A stretch of 64,000 nt of DNA from Alphaproteobacteria bacterium (GCA_965225945.1 CBDDBZ010000026.1:32001-96000), one strand, 5' to 3'. Shown: positions 1 to 11,144, numbered from the stretch's first letter. Made by a program: numbers and translations. Notes: generated by a model from the letters alone, not told the origin.

Positions 1-31
1 TCAGGGTTGAAACAGACTGTATCCGGGTGCG

Positions 32-1981
32 ATGAAGTTGGAAAAAAGTGTGTTGACCTCCGAATCGACGGACGGGGGGGCGGAGATTGAACGCCAAATC
101 GGCGAGGCGGCCGAGTCGCTGCTCGACGTGCAAAAGGCCGATGGTCACTGGATCTTCGAACTCGAGGCCAATTCGACGATCCCCTCGGAGTACATTTTCC
201 TCAAGCATTATCTCGACGAAGTCGATCTCGAACTCGAGGGCAAGATCGCCAATTACCTGCGGGCGGCGCAGGCCGACCACGGCGGCTGGCCACTGTTCGA
301 GGACGGCGCCTTCGACCTCTCGGCGACGGTAAAGGTCTATTTCGCGCTGAAGCTGGTGGGTGATCAGCCCGACGCGCCCCACATGCGCCGTGCCCGCGAG
401 GCGATCCTGGCGCATGGCGGGGCGGAGGCGTCCAACGTATTCACCCGCTTCAGCCTGGCACTCTTCGGTCAGGTGCCGTGGCGCGCGGTGCCTTTCATGC
501 CGATCGAGATCATGCTGCTGCCGAGGTGGTTCCCCTTCCACCTCTCCAAGGTCTCCTACTGGTCGCGCACCGTGATCGTGCCCTTGCTGATCATCATGGC
601 GCTGAAGCCCAGGGCGCGAAATCCGCGCGGCGTGAATGTGCGCGAGCTGTTCCGCACCCCGCCCGAGGCGGTCGCGCGTTACAACAGCAATCCCACCGGG
701 GATCGGGTCGGCGACCTGGTCCTCGCCGCCGACAAGGCGGTCCGCATGTTCGAGCCCTTCTTTCCCAAGGGCAGCCGCCAGAAGGCGATCCAACGGGCGA
801 TCGAGTTCATTACCCCCCGGCTCAACGGCGAGGACGGCTTGGGCGGCATCTTCCCGGCCATGGCCAACGCCGTGATGGCGCTGGACGCGCTGGGCTACGA
901 CAAGGATCACCCCGACTTGGTGACCGCCAAGCGGTCGGTCGACAAGCTGCTGACGGTGCAGGGCGACAAGGGCTATTGCCAGCCCTGCCTGTCGCCGATC
1001 TGGGACACCACGCTGGCACTGCACGCGCTGCTGGAAGCCGGCGTGCCGGCGGAAGACGCTCGCGTCGCCCGGGCCTTCGAGTGGATGCTGGGGCGCCAGA
1101 TCCTCGACGTCGAGGGCGATTGGGCGACGAAGCGAGCCGGCGTCCGTCCGGGCGGCTGGGCCTTCGAATACTGGAACGACTACTATCCCGACGTCGACGA
1201 CACCGCCGTCATCGTCATGGCCATGGACCGGACGGGCGATCCCCGCTACGCCGACGCCGTGTCCCGGGCGACCGAGTGGATTATCGGCATGCAGTCCAAG
1301 AACGGCGGCTGGGGCGCCTTCGACGTCGACAACACCTTCCGCTTCCTGGAACTCATTCCCTTCGCCGATCACGGCGCGCTGCTGGATCCGCCGACCGCCG
1401 ACGTCACCGCGCGTTGCGTGCAGATGCTGGGACAGCTCGGCTACGACCGCCGCCATCCGACGGTTCGGCGCGGCATCGACTACCTGATGCGCGAGCAGGA
1501 GCGGGACGGCTCCTGGTTCGGGCGCTGGGGCGTCAACCACGTCTACGGCACCTGGTCGGTGCTCTCGGCCTTCGAGGCGCTGGGCGAGGACATGCGCGCC
1601 TCGCATATCCGGCGCGCCGTTCGCTGGCTGCTTCAGCGCCAGAAGGAGGACGGCGGCTGGGGCGAGGACTGCGCCACCTATTCGCCCGGCCAGCGTCACC
1701 TGATGAAGACCAGCACGCCGTCACAGACGGCTTGGGCGTTGCTGGGCCTGATGGCGGCGGGCGAGGCCGGAAGCACGGCGGTGCGTCGCGGCGTCGACTA
1801 TTTGCTGGGCGCCGAACGCAGTGGCGGCAAGTGGGTGGAGAGCCTCTATACCGGCACCGGCTTCCCGCGGGTCTTCTACCTGCGCTACCACGGCTACAGC
1901 GCCTATTTCCCGCTCTGGGCGCTGTCGCGTTATCAAAACCTGATGCGCGCCCGCGCCGAGACCCGCCGCTACGGCACCTAA
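32..1981 (+). CDS. shc: Squalene-hopene cyclase (HpnF)
   Basis: DVDDTA catalytic motif, repeated QW motifs (QSKNGGW, QERDGSWFGRWG, QKEDGGWGE), C-terminal GTGFPRVFYLRYHGY. Confidence 0.97.
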   Translation: MKLEKSVLTSESTDGGAEIERQIGEAAESLLDVQKADGHWIFELEANSTIPSEYIFLKHYLDEVDLELEGKIANYLRAAQADHGGWPLFEDGAFDLSATVKVYFALKLVGDQPDAPHMRRAREAILAHGGAEASNVFTRFSLALFGQVPWRAVPFMPIEIMLLPRWFPFHLSKVSYWSRTVIVPLLIIMALKPRARNPRGVNVRELFRTPPEAVARYNSNPTGDRVGDLVLAADKAVRMFEPFFPKGSRQKAIQRAIEFITPRLNGEDGLGGIFPAMANAVMALDALGYDKDHPDLVTAKRSVDKLLTVQGDKGYCQPCLSPIWDTTLALHALLEAGVPAEDARVARAFEWMLGRQILDVEGDWATKRAGVRPGGWAFEYWNDYYPDVDDTAVIVMAMDRTGDPRYADAVSRATEWIIGMQSKNGGWGAFDVDNTFRFLELIPFADHGALLDPPTADVTARCVQMLGQLGYDRRHPTVRRGIDYLMREQERDGSWFGRWGVNHVYGTWSVLSAFEALGEDMRASHIRRAVRWLLQRQKEDGGWGEDCATYSPGQRHLMKTSTPSQTAWALLGLMAAGEAGSTAVRRGVDYLLGAERSGGKWVESLYTGTGFPRVFYLRYHGYSAYFPLWALSRYQNLMRARAETRRYGT

Positions 1982-1986
1982 TCTAG

Positions 1987-2673
1987 ATGCGGCTGGGGCT
2001 GGTCACCGGCCTCGCGCGGGAGGCGACGCGCCTCCGACATCTCGATCTCGGCCCCGGTCACGAGCTGTTGATGCGGACCGCCTTCGGCGCGGCCGCGAGC
2101 GTGGCGGCCGAAAGCTTGGTCGCGGCCGGCGCCGAGGTGCTGGTCAGCGCCGGCTACGCGGGCGCTCTAGCGCCCGAGGCGCGGTCCGGCGACCTGATCG
2201 TCGCCGAGGCGGTCGCGACCGCCGATGGCAGGCGTTTCCAGACCGATCCCGATTGGCAAGTTCTGCTGCTTCGCCGAACCCGCAGCTGCGGCATTCCCGC
2301 CCACGGCGGCGGAATCGCCGAAAGCGGGCAAATCGTCGCCACGCCCGAGGACAAACGTGCGCTCTTCGCCCGCACGGGCGCCTGGACGGTCGACCAGGAG
2401 AGCGGTCGGGTGGCGCGGGTCGCTGCGGCGCGCGGTCTGCGGTTCGCCGTGCTCAGGGTGGTGCTAGATCCCTCGGGCCGCGCGTTGCCTCGCGCGGCGA
2501 CGGCGGGGGCGACGGCCACGGGTGCCACGAGCGCAGGCCCGATGCTCGCCGCGCTCGCCCGCCGGCCGTGGGAAATCGTCGATCTGTTGCATCTCGTGGG
2601 CGATACCCGACGGGCCGACGCGACTCTAGGCCGCGTTGGACGAATCGGTCCGGGGCTGCTGCCGCTCGACTGA
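1987..2673 (+). CDS. hpnG: Hopanoid-associated nucleoside phosphorylase
   Basis: GLVTGLARE start, SAGYAGAL and VDQES motifs of the PNP/MTA phosphorylase fold; lies directly after shc. Confidence 0.85.
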   Translation: MRLGLVTGLAREATRLRHLDLGPGHELLMRTAFGAAASVAAESLVAAGAEVLVSAGYAGALAPEARSGDLIVAEAVATADGRRFQTDPDWQVLLLRRTRSCGIPAHGGGIAESGQIVATPEDKRALFARTGAWTVDQESGRVARVAAARGLRFAVLRVVLDPSGRALPRAATAGATATGATSAGPMLAALARRPWEIVDLLHLVGDTRRADATLGRVGRIGPGLLPLD

Positions 2674-3771
2674 CTTGACCAGCGCCTCGGCGATCACGGC
2701 CTCGAAGGGGTATTCCGCCGGGCGCTGCGCCTCGAGTGGAATTTCCGGCGCCATCGGGCCCTCGGTGTCGATCCCGAAGAGCGCAATTCTGGCCGCCTTC
2801 AAGGGGTGGCGGACGGTATCGTTCACCGCCGTCGCCTCGTAGCCGCAATGGACCATGCAGTCGGCGCATTTCTCGTAGTTGCCGGTCCCGTAACGGTCCC
2901 ATTCGGTCTCTTCCATGAGTTCGCGGAAGGTTCCCACATAGCCCTCGTTCAAGAGATAGCAGGGACGCTGCCAACCGAAGACGTTGCGGGTCGGATTGCC
3001 CCACGGCGTGCAGCGATAGGACTGGTTTCCGGCGAGGAAATCGAGGAACAGGCTGGACTGGCTGAAGCGCCATTTCTTGCCCTTGCCGAGGCGGAAGACT
3101 TCGCGGAACAACTCCTTGGCGCCCCGGCGCTTGAGGAAGTGCTCCTGATCGGGCGCGCGCTCGTAGGAATAGCCGGGCGAGATGGTCACGCCCTCGACGC
3201 CGAGCGCGGTCGCGAAGTCGAGGAACTCGGCGACCTTGGCCGGCTCGGCGCCGTCGAAGAGGGTGGTGTTGACGTTGACCCTGAAGCCCCGCTCGCGAAC
3301 CTTGCCGATGGCGGCGACGGCACGATCGAAGACGCCCTCCAGATCCACCGCCCGGTCGTGCTCCTCGCGCTGGCCGTCCAGATGGATCGAGAAGGTGAGA
3401 TAGGGCGAGGGCTGGAACAAATCGAGCTTCTTTTCCAGCAGCAGCGCGTTGGTGCAGAGATAGATGAACCGCTTGTCGTCGATCAGGCGCCGGACGACCT
3501 CGCCGATCTCGCGATGCAGCAGCGGCTCGCCGCCGGCGATGGAGACGATGGGGGCGCCGCATTCCCTGGCCGCGTGGACGCATTCGTCCGCGCTCAAGCG
3601 ACGATTCAGAATACTGTCGGGATAGTCGATCTTGCCGCATCCCGGACAAGCGAGATTACAACGGAACAACGGCTCCAGCATCAGCACCAGGGGATAACGT
3701 TCCCGCCGGATCAGGCGTTGCTTGAGGATGTAGGCGCCGACGCGCGCCTGCTGGCGAATGGGTACCGGCAT
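2626..3771 (-). CDS. hpnH: Adenosyl-hopene transferase, radical SAM
   Basis: LVLMLEPLFRCNLACPGCGKIDYP (CxxxCxxC), CTPWGNPTRNVFGWQRPCYLL, CADCMVHCGYE. Confidence 0.95.
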   Translation of the reverse strand: MPVPIRQQARVGAYILKQRLIRRERYPLVLMLEPLFRCNLACPGCGKIDYPDSILNRRLSADECVHAARECGAPIVSIAGGEPLLHREIGEVVRRLIDDKRFIYLCTNALLLEKKLDLFQPSPYLTFSIHLDGQREEHDRAVDLEGVFDRAVAAIGKVRERGFRVNVNTTLFDGAEPAKVAEFLDFATALGVEGVTISPGYSYERAPDQEHFLKRRGAKELFREVFRLGKGKKWRFSQSSLFLDFLAGNQSYRCTPWGNPTRNVFGWQRPCYLLNEGYVGTFRELMEETEWDRYGTGNYEKCADCMVHCGYEATAVNDTVRHPLKAARIALFGIDTEGPMAPEIPLEAQRPAEYPFEAVIAEALVKSVERQQPRTDSSNAA

Positions 3772-3954
3772 CAATCACTTCCGAAATTGGGATCACTTCC
3801 AAGATTGGAACCAAGCCGCCGGAATCGCGAATCACCCCACCAGCGGATGCGCGCCAATATGGTGGTCGCGTCGGTCCGCGTCCAGGGGAAATCCGCCCCC
3901 CCGCGCGATCGATGTCGAAAGCGTGATCGAATAGACTCGAATGGCCCGGCGCCA

Positions 3955-4446
3955 CTAGTCGCTCGACGGCGACGACGCCTCCTCGCCTTCCCTAGCCGGG
4001 GCCACCCGAAGCAGGACGCCGTCGACGCCGACCACCTCGACCTGTCGCCCGGCCGGGATGTCGGGTCCGATGACGCGCCACATCGTGTCGTCGACATGGA
4101 GCCGTCCCCGGCCGTTCTCCATCGCCTCCGCCAGGGTGAAGGTGCGGCCCACATACTGCTGGCCCCGGCGATTGAGTCCCGGCCGGTCGGTCTCGATCGG
4201 ACGGCGCTTGAGGTAGATCCGGGCGGCGATCACGCTCGCCACCGCCAGCACGGCGAAGAGCAGGAACTGGTAGCGCCAATCCATCTCCGGCGCCACCAGC
4301 ACGACCACCCCGGTGGCGCCCGCGGCGATCCCCATCCACAGCAGGAAGACGCCGGGGGCGAGCATCTCCGCCCCCAGCAGGACCACGCCCAGGACCCACC
4401 AATGCCAGTGGCCGAAGCCGGCGAGAAATACGGCGAGCGGTTCCAT
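3955..4446 (-). CDS. NfeD-like (YbbJ-type) membrane protein
   Basis: Hydrophobic N-half, LNRRGQQYVGR and DTMWRV OB-fold C-terminus; downstream of the SPFH gene. Confidence 0.88.
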   Translation of the reverse strand: MEPLAVFLAGFGHWHWWVLGVVLLGAEMLAPGVFLLWMGIAAGATGVVVLVAPEMDWRYQFLLFAVLAVASVIAARIYLKRRPIETDRPGLNRRGQQYVGRTFTLAEAMENGRGRLHVDDTMWRVIGPDIPAGRQVEVVGVDGVLLRVAPAREGEEASSPSSD

Positions 4447-4456
4447 GCGACGGCCC

Positions 4457-5530
4457 TCAATCGGCGTCTGCGCTCGGCGAAACCCAGCTCTGGCTCTCCG
4501 GCACCGAACCTCGCCTCGCCGTCACGGAACCGCCATCGCTCGGTCGCGACGGACGGGGCGCGCGGGGCCGCTCCGCCCCGTCACCACCGCCGCCGCCGTC
4601 GCCGAACGCCTGCTTGGCGATCTCGGTGATGCCACCGATCGCGCCGATCACGCTCGCGGCTTCCAGCGGCAGGAAGAGGATCTTCTGGTTGGGTGAGTTG
4701 GCGAAGGCGCCGAGCGCATCGATGTATTTCTGCGCGACGAAGTAGTTGATCGCCTGCACCTCGCCGCCGGCGATCGCCTCGGAAACCATAGTGGTCGCGC
4801 GGGCCTCGGCCTCGGCCTCGCGCTCGCGCGCCTCGGCGTCGCGGAAGGCGGACTCGCGCCGGCCCTCGGCGGCCAGGATCGCCGCTTGCTTCTCGCCCTC
4901 GGCCCGCAGAATTTCGGCCTGCCGCTCGCCCTCCGCGTCCAGGATCGCGGCGCGCTTTTCGCGCTCGGCCTTCATCTGGCGGGCCATGGCGTCGACCAGG
5001 TCGCGCGGCGGGGAGATATCCTTGATCTCGATCCGCGTCACCTTGACGCCCCAAGGCGTCGTCGCCTCGTCGACCACGGTCAGCAGTCGGGCATTGATCT
5101 CGTCGCGTTTGGAGAGCAACTCGTCGAGGTCCATCGAGCCCATCACCGTCCTTATGTTGGTCATCGTCAGGTTCAGCGAGGCGATCTCCAACTGGCGCAC
5201 CTCGTAGGCCGCCTTTGGCGCGTCGAGGATTTGAAAAAATACCACGCCGTCGACCGCGACCATGGCGTTGTCCTTGGTGATGACCTCCTGCGTCGGCACG
5301 TCCAGTACCTGCTCCATCATGTTCATCTTGGCACCGATCCCGTCGACGAACGGCACGATGAAATGCAGACCCGGCGTCAGCGTCCGGGTGTAACGGCCGA
5401 AGCGCTCGACCGTGTGCTCGAAGCCCTGTGGGATCCGCTTGACGCTGGTCAACAGCAGAATGATCGCCATCGGCACGGCGACGACCACGAAGATCGTCCA
5501 TCCCGAAGGGTCCATAAACAGCTCTTCCAT
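4457..5530 (-). CDS. SPFH/band-7 (QmcA/stomatin-like) protein
   Basis: [35 protein letters not shown] motifs; start codon uncertain. Confidence 0.92.
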   Translation of the reverse strand: MEELFMDPSGWTIFVVVAVPMAIILLLTSVKRIPQGFEHTVERFGRYTRTLTPGLHFIVPFVDGIGAKMNMMEQVLDVPTQEVITKDNAMVAVDGVVFFQILDAPKAAYEVRQLEIASLNLTMTNIRTVMGSMDLDELLSKRDEINARLLTVVDEATTPWGVKVTRIEIKDISPPRDLVDAMARQMKAEREKRAAILDAEGERQAEILRAEGEKQAAILAAEGRRESAFRDAEAREREAEAEARATTMVSEAIAGGEVQAINYFVAQKYIDALGAFANSPNQKILFLPLEAASVIGAIGGITEIAKQAFGDGGGGGDGAERPRAPRPSRPSDGGSVTARRGSVPESQSWVSPSADAD

Positions 5531-5747
5531 CGTTCCAACCCCCTTCTCGCCCCTCGGGGCAAGTTTTTCCATAATCACCTATCCCGAAGTATGGCATTCC
5601 CTGGCGCCGGGACAACCGGAAGATCGCGCGGCGAATCCGCCCTCGCGCTGCTCGCGCGCTTTTCCCCCCTCGCGCGCTCGCTAGGGACGGTGCGATATCC
5701 GAGGTGGAGACGGGCGCCATGGTGGCGATACGGGACGAAGGTTGGTG

Positions 5748-7148
5748 TCAGATCGCCAGTTCGCTCACCGGGCGCTTGAAGGTCTCGGTGGTGTAGCGGT
5801 GGACCACGACGTCTTCCGCCCAATAATCCTTCGCCAGGCCCGCCTTCACTTTCAACTTGGCGAGGAATTCGGCCGCGTCGGCGCATTGCTCCCAGACCTG
5901 GGGCAGGAACACGCCGCGCCGCTTGGCCGACTCCAGGATCAGCCCGTCGACGCCGGGGCGAAGCTGGCCCAACAGGTCCGCCTGGTCGCCAAAGCGCATC
6001 CGCCCCGGCGCGCCCAGGATCGATATGGAAAGCGTCAGCCGCCCGAACTCTCGGCTGCCGAGCTTCTTGAAGCGCGGATCCTCGAAGGCCGACTTGAAGG
6101 CGTTTTCCACCACGTCTCGAACCAGCGGCGCGCGCGGCTGGACCGAGCCGATACAGCCCCGGAGCCGATCGCCGACGGTCAGGGTGATGAAACTCGCCCG
6201 CTCTGCCTCCAGTTCCGGGCCGAAGGTGGCGAGGCGGACCTTGGAGGGGCGGCCGCGCACCAGGCCGTTGCGGATCGAGCGGGCGGCGCAGGCGAGCAGC
6301 ATCGCGCGGCCTTCCTCCGTCAGCCGGGTCGCCGCCGCCTCCGTCAGCGCCCAGGCGCCATAGCCGACGACCCGATCCTTCGGGCCCGCCGTATCGCCGG
6401 AGTTGCAAAGCTCGATCGTGGTGGCGCGCAGGTCCCTGAGTTGGGCCAGGCGCAAGAGGCCGTGGATCGGCCCCGCGCCGCAGGCATCGCCGGCGGAAAT
6501 CCGCTCGAAGCGCAGAGTCTCGATCGCCGTCCGGGTCGCCGCGTCCCGGGTCCGGGCGCTGGTGTCGTCGAGGTAGTGGCTGAGGTCCGAGCTGACGACG
6601 ATCACCGTCTCGGCCTCGCCCCACAGTTGTTCCAGGACCGCCGCCACCGTCTCCGCGTCCGCCTTGCCGACGACGATCGGCACCAGGCGAAAGCCATCAC
6701 CCAGCACGCGCCGCAGAAACGGCAGATGGACCTCGAGCGAATGCTCCTGGCGGTGCGCCTCGTCCAGCTCGACGACGCCGGGAAGCGTCTTCAGCCCCTC
6801 GATCGCCGCGCGGTCGAGGGGCACGGGGCCGAGCGGGCCTTCGAAGGCGGCGACGCTCGGCACCGCCAGGCCGTCGAAAGCGACCCGGTGCGCCGGCCCC
6901 AGCAGGACGACGCGTTCGACGTCGTCCGCGATCGGGGCAAAGCGCGCGTGGGCGCGGGCCGCCGTGGCGCCGGAATAGACGTAGCCCGCATGCGGCGCGA
7001 TGATCGCCTTGGGCACCGGCGCGCTGCCCGAGATCTCGGCCCGCGCCGTCTCGAGCAAGCCGTCGACCATCCGGGCGAGTTCTCCGGCCGTTCCCGGATA
7101 GAACATGCCGGCCACCGCCGGCGGTCTCGACAACGCGGGCGTCGCCAT
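5748..7148 (-). CDS. AmmeMemoRadiSam protein B (MEMO1) fused to protein A (AMMECR1)
   Basis: N-terminal RPPAVAGMFYP, PHAGYVYSG, EHSLEVHLPFL, SSDLSHY, VVGYGA; C-terminal LRGCIGS, AFEDPRF, FLPQVWEQ. Confidence 0.92.
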   Translation of the reverse strand: MATPALSRPPAVAGMFYPGTAGELARMVDGLLETARAEISGSAPVPKAIIAPHAGYVYSGATAARAHARFAPIADDVERVVLLGPAHRVAFDGLAVPSVAAFEGPLGPVPLDRAAIEGLKTLPGVVELDEAHRQEHSLEVHLPFLRRVLGDGFRLVPIVVGKADAETVAAVLEQLWGEAETVIVVSSDLSHYLDDTSARTRDAATRTAIETLRFERISAGDACGAGPIHGLLRLAQLRDLRATTIELCNSGDTAGPKDRVVGYGAWALTEAAATRLTEEGRAMLLACAARSIRNGLVRGRPSKVRLATFGPELEAERASFITLTVGDRLRGCIGSVQPRAPLVRDVVENAFKSAFEDPRFKKLGSREFGRLTLSISILGAPGRMRFGDQADLLGQLRPGVDGLILESAKRRGVFLPQVWEQCADAAEFLAKLKVKAGLAKDYWAEDVVVHRYTTETFKRPVSELAI

Positions 7149-7182
7149 CGCCTTCGTCCTCCGTTGAGCGTATGATTTTACC

Positions 7183-8339
7183 ATGGATCGGAACCACTCG
7201 CCCGGAAACGAAGTGCCGGAGATGTCAGCCTTCGAGGGGGCGCATCGCGGGCGCTATTTCCATCGTCTCGCCGACGGCCGCCAGCAGTGCGATATCTGCC
7301 CCCGGAAATGCCGGCTGCGCGAGGGACAGCGCGGCCTCTGCTTCGTCCGCGCGGCGGATGCCGACGGTATCGTGCTGACCACTTACGGGCGCTCCAGCGG
7401 TTTCTGCGTCGACCCGATCGAGAAGAAACCGCTCAACCATTTTCTCCCCGGAACGCCGGTCCTCTCCTTCGGCACGGCCGGCTGCAATCTCGCCTGCAAA
7501 TTCTGTCAGAACTGGGACATCTCGAAATCGCGCCAGGTCGACACGCTGGCCGACGCGGCGAGCCCCGAGATGCTGGCCCGCGCCGCCAAGCGGCTCGGCT
7601 GCCGCTCGATCGCCTTCACCTACAACGATCCGGTGATCTTCCTCGAATACGCGGTCGATGTGGCGATCGCCTGCCGCGAGGCGGGCATCCGCAGCGTCGC
7701 CGTCACCGCCGGCTATATCGAGGCCGAACCCCGAGTCGAGTTCTTCGCCCACATGGACGCGGCCAATGTCGACCTCAAGGCCTTCACCGAGCGCTTCTAT
7801 CACAAGATAACGGGTGCGCACCTGGCGCCGGTGCTGGAGACCCTGGTCTACCTGGCCCACGAGACCAGCGTCTGGGTCGAATCACCACCTTGGTGATCCC
7901 GGGCGAGAACGACGGCGACGAGGAGTTCGATGCCATGACCGGCTGGATCGCCGAAAGCCTGGGCCCCGACATTCCCGTCCACTTCACCGCCTTCCATCCC
8001 GACTACAAGATGCGCGACAAGCCCCGGACGCCGCCGGAGACGCTCCGCCGCGCCCGCGAGATCGGCCTGGCCAACGGCCTCCGCCACGTCTATGTCGGCA
8101 ACGTCCACGACAAGGCTGGCGACAGCACCTATTGCCACGGCTGCGGCCAGGTGGTGATCGGGCGGGACTGGTACCAGCTCTCCGAATGGCGGCTCGACGC
8201 GGGCGGGTGTTGCACGAGCTGCGGGACCGCGCTCGCCGGGGTCTTCGACGGCGCCCCCGGCCAGTGGGGCCGCAAGCGCCAACCGGTCCGCCTCACTCCC
8301 GGCGCCCCCCGCCGGCCAAGACCCCGCCCTAGCGCCTGA
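7183..8339 (+). pseudogene. AmmeMemoRadiSam radical SAM enzyme with a 1-nt frameshift near 7880 (possible sequencing indel)
   Basis: DPIEKKPLNHF, GCNLACKFCQNW; WVE continues as ITTLVIPGEND in the next frame (GAA ATC is read as GA ATC). Confidence 0.88.
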
Positions 8340-9024
8340 TCCGCCAGAGGGCGCGGCGGTTGGCGCGGACGGCGGCGGCTCGCGCCTGAAGGCGGACGCG
8401 CCACTTGTGTTGCCCGGCTTGACGGCGTTCCTCGGCCGCCTCGCGCCGCACCCGGTTCCACATGGCGCGAACCTTGGCCGCGTAAGGCACGGCGAAGCGC
8501 GGCGTGCGGGAATGATAGCGCGAGATGGCCTTGCTCCAGGTCCGCGTCTCGCGCTTCAGGGCGGCGAGGAAGCGGCCGGCATAGGCGGTGTTGGTGGCGG
8601 GATCGAAGGCACGCTCCAGGCGCTCGAAGGCGTCGGGGTGATAGCCGAGGTTCACCTGCATGCAGCCGACGTCGATGTTGGCGATGCCGCGCGCGCGGAG
8701 CCTCTCGACCTCGCGGATCGCCGCCAGCTTGCTCGGCAGATAGCGCCCCCTGCCCTCGGCATAAACCGTCCAGGGCCAGGCAACGCTTGCCCCCACCGCC
8801 TTCACCCAGCGGCCCGATTCGACCCGCCCGATGGCCCTCAGCGAGCCCGCCGGAATGCGCTCCGCCCGCTCCACTCGCTGGCTCGCCAGACGGCAGAGTT
8901 CGGGTGCCTCGGGGCCCGAAGACACGGCGCCCGGCGCGGTTGCACCGAGCGCCGGGCCGAGCGGCAAAAGGACGAGCGCGAGGGCGATGATGCGCGGGAG
9001 CCGAATGCGGGACCGGGTAGGCAT
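8329..9024 (-). CDS. Lytic transglycosylase (SLT domain), exported
   Basis: Signal peptide, AIGRVESGR, WPWT, NIDVGCMQVN, RYHSRTP. Confidence 0.85.
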   Translation of the reverse strand: MPTRSRIRLPRIIALALVLLPLGPALGATAPGAVSSGPEAPELCRLASQRVERAERIPAGSLRAIGRVESGRWVKAVGASVAWPWTVYAEGRGRYLPSKLAAIREVERLRARGIANIDVGCMQVNLGYHPDAFERLERAFDPATNTAYAGRFLAALKRETRTWSKAISRYHSRTPRFAVPYAAKVRAMWNRVRREAAEERRQAGQHKWRVRLQARAAAVRANRRALWRIRR

Positions 9025-9067
9025 GCCCTCTCCGATGCAGCTTCCGTGCCAGCCGTCGAGCGAGGCT

Positions 9068-9945
9068 CTATTCGGCGGCGAGTGGCCTTTCCAGGCGGTA
9101 TTCGGCGAGGCGGGCGACGACCTGGGCGAGCCCCGCCGCCACCCGGTCGAAATCGTCGTTCGGCGTGATCGCCGCCTCGTTCATGTAGAGGGCGCGGTTG
9201 ATCTCGACCTGAAGCGCGTGGAAGCCGTCCGCCGGGCGGCCGTAATGGTGCGTGGTGAAGCCGCCGGCATAAGGGTTGTTGCGGGCGACCACGAAGCCCG
9301 CCTCGCGGAACGCCTGGCGGGCCCATTCCACCAGCTCCGAATTCGCCGTGGTCCCGAAGCGATCGCCGAGCACGATGTCGGATCGGCGCCGGCCGCCGTC
9401 GCTGTCGTTCGGCCCACCGATCGAGGGCATGGAATGGCAGTCGATCAGCACCGCATGGCCGAACGCCGCCCGCGTCTCGGTCAGAAGCGCGCCGAGCGCC
9501 TGGTGGTAGGGGCGATAGATCGTGTCCAACCGCGCCTCGATCTCCGCCAGCGCCAGCTTGCCACGATAGACCTCCGCCCCCTCGGCAACGACCCGGGCGA
9601 TGGTGCCGAGACCGCCGGCGACACGCAAGCTGGTGGTGTTGGCGTGCGCCGGCAGGGGCTCGTCGTACATCGTCGGGTCGAGCTCGTAGGGCTCGCGATT
9701 GACGTCGAGGTAGACCCGGGCGTAACGCGCGCGGATGAGCGGCGCGCCATGCGCCGGCGCGGCGGCGAACAGACGATCGACGAAGGCGTCCTCGCTTCGC
9801 CGCAAGGTCAGCGGATCGAGCGAGGAGGCGGCGACGAACGGCCTGGGGTAGTGATCACCGCTGTGGGGCGAGGCATAGACGACGGCACCGGCCGTCGGGT
9901 CGGCGCGATCACCTCGAATGGCGGTGGCGAAGCCCGGCCCGTCAC
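9068..9945 (-). pseudogene. N-formylglutamate amidohydrolase with a 1-nt frameshift near 9882
   Basis: ASPHSG, RRSEDAFVD, DVNREPYELDP, IDCHSMPS, PYAGG, LQVEINRALY; the N-terminus PFEVIAP lies in another frame, with GGAGG before GTG 9945. Confidence 0.82.
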
Positions 9946-10019
9946 ACTCGAAACCTCCGCTCGTATACTCACGACCGCGTGGTCCCGAGCGCGGCGCACC
10001 TTAGCATGGTCGACCGACC

Positions 10020-11144
10020 TCACGTGAAGAGGGAAAGCACGCCGGTATAGGCATAGAGTCGATTGTGCGAGACCTCGCCGTTGCCGAAGAAGCCGACCAG
10101 CGGCACCTCGCCCAGCGCCTCGCGGATCGCCCCCAGCTCCTCGTTTTCGGTCCCGAAGAGGTTCGGCCCCCGGGCGAGGCAGGTGTGGTAGAGCGCGCCC
10201 CGAGGCGGGCCGTCGAGCCGGGCCTTCAGCTTGTCCAGCATGCGCCCCAGATCCTCCTCGGCGGCGGCCCGATCGCGCCGGCAGAACATCACCTGATCGC
10301 CGGGCTCGACCACCTCGGCGATGGCGACGAGCTGGCGCTCCGGATCGATGCCGGTCAGGTTGCGCACCATGTAGTCGCCCCAATCGCTGCCCCGGACCGG
10401 CACCGCCGCGAAGATGTAGCCGGCGACGCGGCGTGGATCGCGGGCCAGCAGCTCGCCGATATCCTCCTTGAAGACCTCCAGCGCCGGACGGCCGTCGAGG
10501 CGGACCAGAATGTTTCCCTCGGCCTCCGTCACCTCGCGCGGCGGGCCGATCGGCGTGCAGCCTTGCGTCAGCCCGGTGGCGACCGCGACGCCGCCGGAGA
10601 TTAGCAGGCCGGAGAGACCGCCCTCCGTCACCTCGTCCGCGACCTGGCCGTGCGCGGCGCGCGAGGAGGTGAGGCCCCCCACCAGGAAACTGGAGCTCGC
10701 CTCGCCGAGGCTCGCGAGCAGCTCGGCCAAGCGCGGTTCGCGCGGATCGGCGTGAACCACCCCGAAGTTTCCGGGGAAGCGGGCGAGCCAGCCCCGGTTC
10801 CGCTCGACGAAGTGGCCAAGGTCGTCACGCCGAGAATCGAAGACGGCGAAACCGCCGGCGGGCAAGGCGCCGACCATCACCACCAGCGCCGGTTGGTCGA
10901 AATATTCGACGCCGCTGGCGCAGACGCCGATCCCAGTGCTGCCGACCCAGGACTCGATCCCGGTCCCGGCTCGCAACAGCTCGAGAATATCGGCGAGGCC
11001 ATCGACCATCAGGTCGGTGAGATAGAGGAAGCCGATGTTGGCGCCTTCGGGGAGCGGCAACAGGGTGTCGAGACAGGCGCGGGTCACCGCCTCCCAGTCG
11101 TCCCCCGTCGCGTGGGCCGCCTTGAAGCCGCCACTGCCGCTCAT
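10020..11144 (-). CDS. FIST N/C domain protein
   Basis: TQGCTPIG, CLARG, GFFGNGEV..LYAYTGVL motifs. Confidence 0.88.
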   Translation of the reverse strand: MSGSGGFKAAHATGDDWEAVTRACLDTLLPLPEGANIGFLYLTDLMVDGLADILELLRAGTGIESWVGSTGIGVCASGVEYFDQPALVVMVGALPAGGFAVFDSRRDDLGHFVERNRGWLARFPGNFGVVHADPREPRLAELLASLGEASSSFLVGGLTSSRAAHGQVADEVTEGGLSGLLISGGVAVATGLTQGCTPIGPPREVTEAEGNILVRLDGRPALEVFKEDIGELLARDPRRVAGYIFAAVPVRGSDWGDYMVRNLTGIDPERQLVAIAEVVEPGDQVMFCRRDRAAAEEDLGRMLDKLKARLDGPPRGALYHTCLARGPNLFGTENEELGAIREALGEVPLVGFFGNGEVSHNRLYAYTGVLSLFT

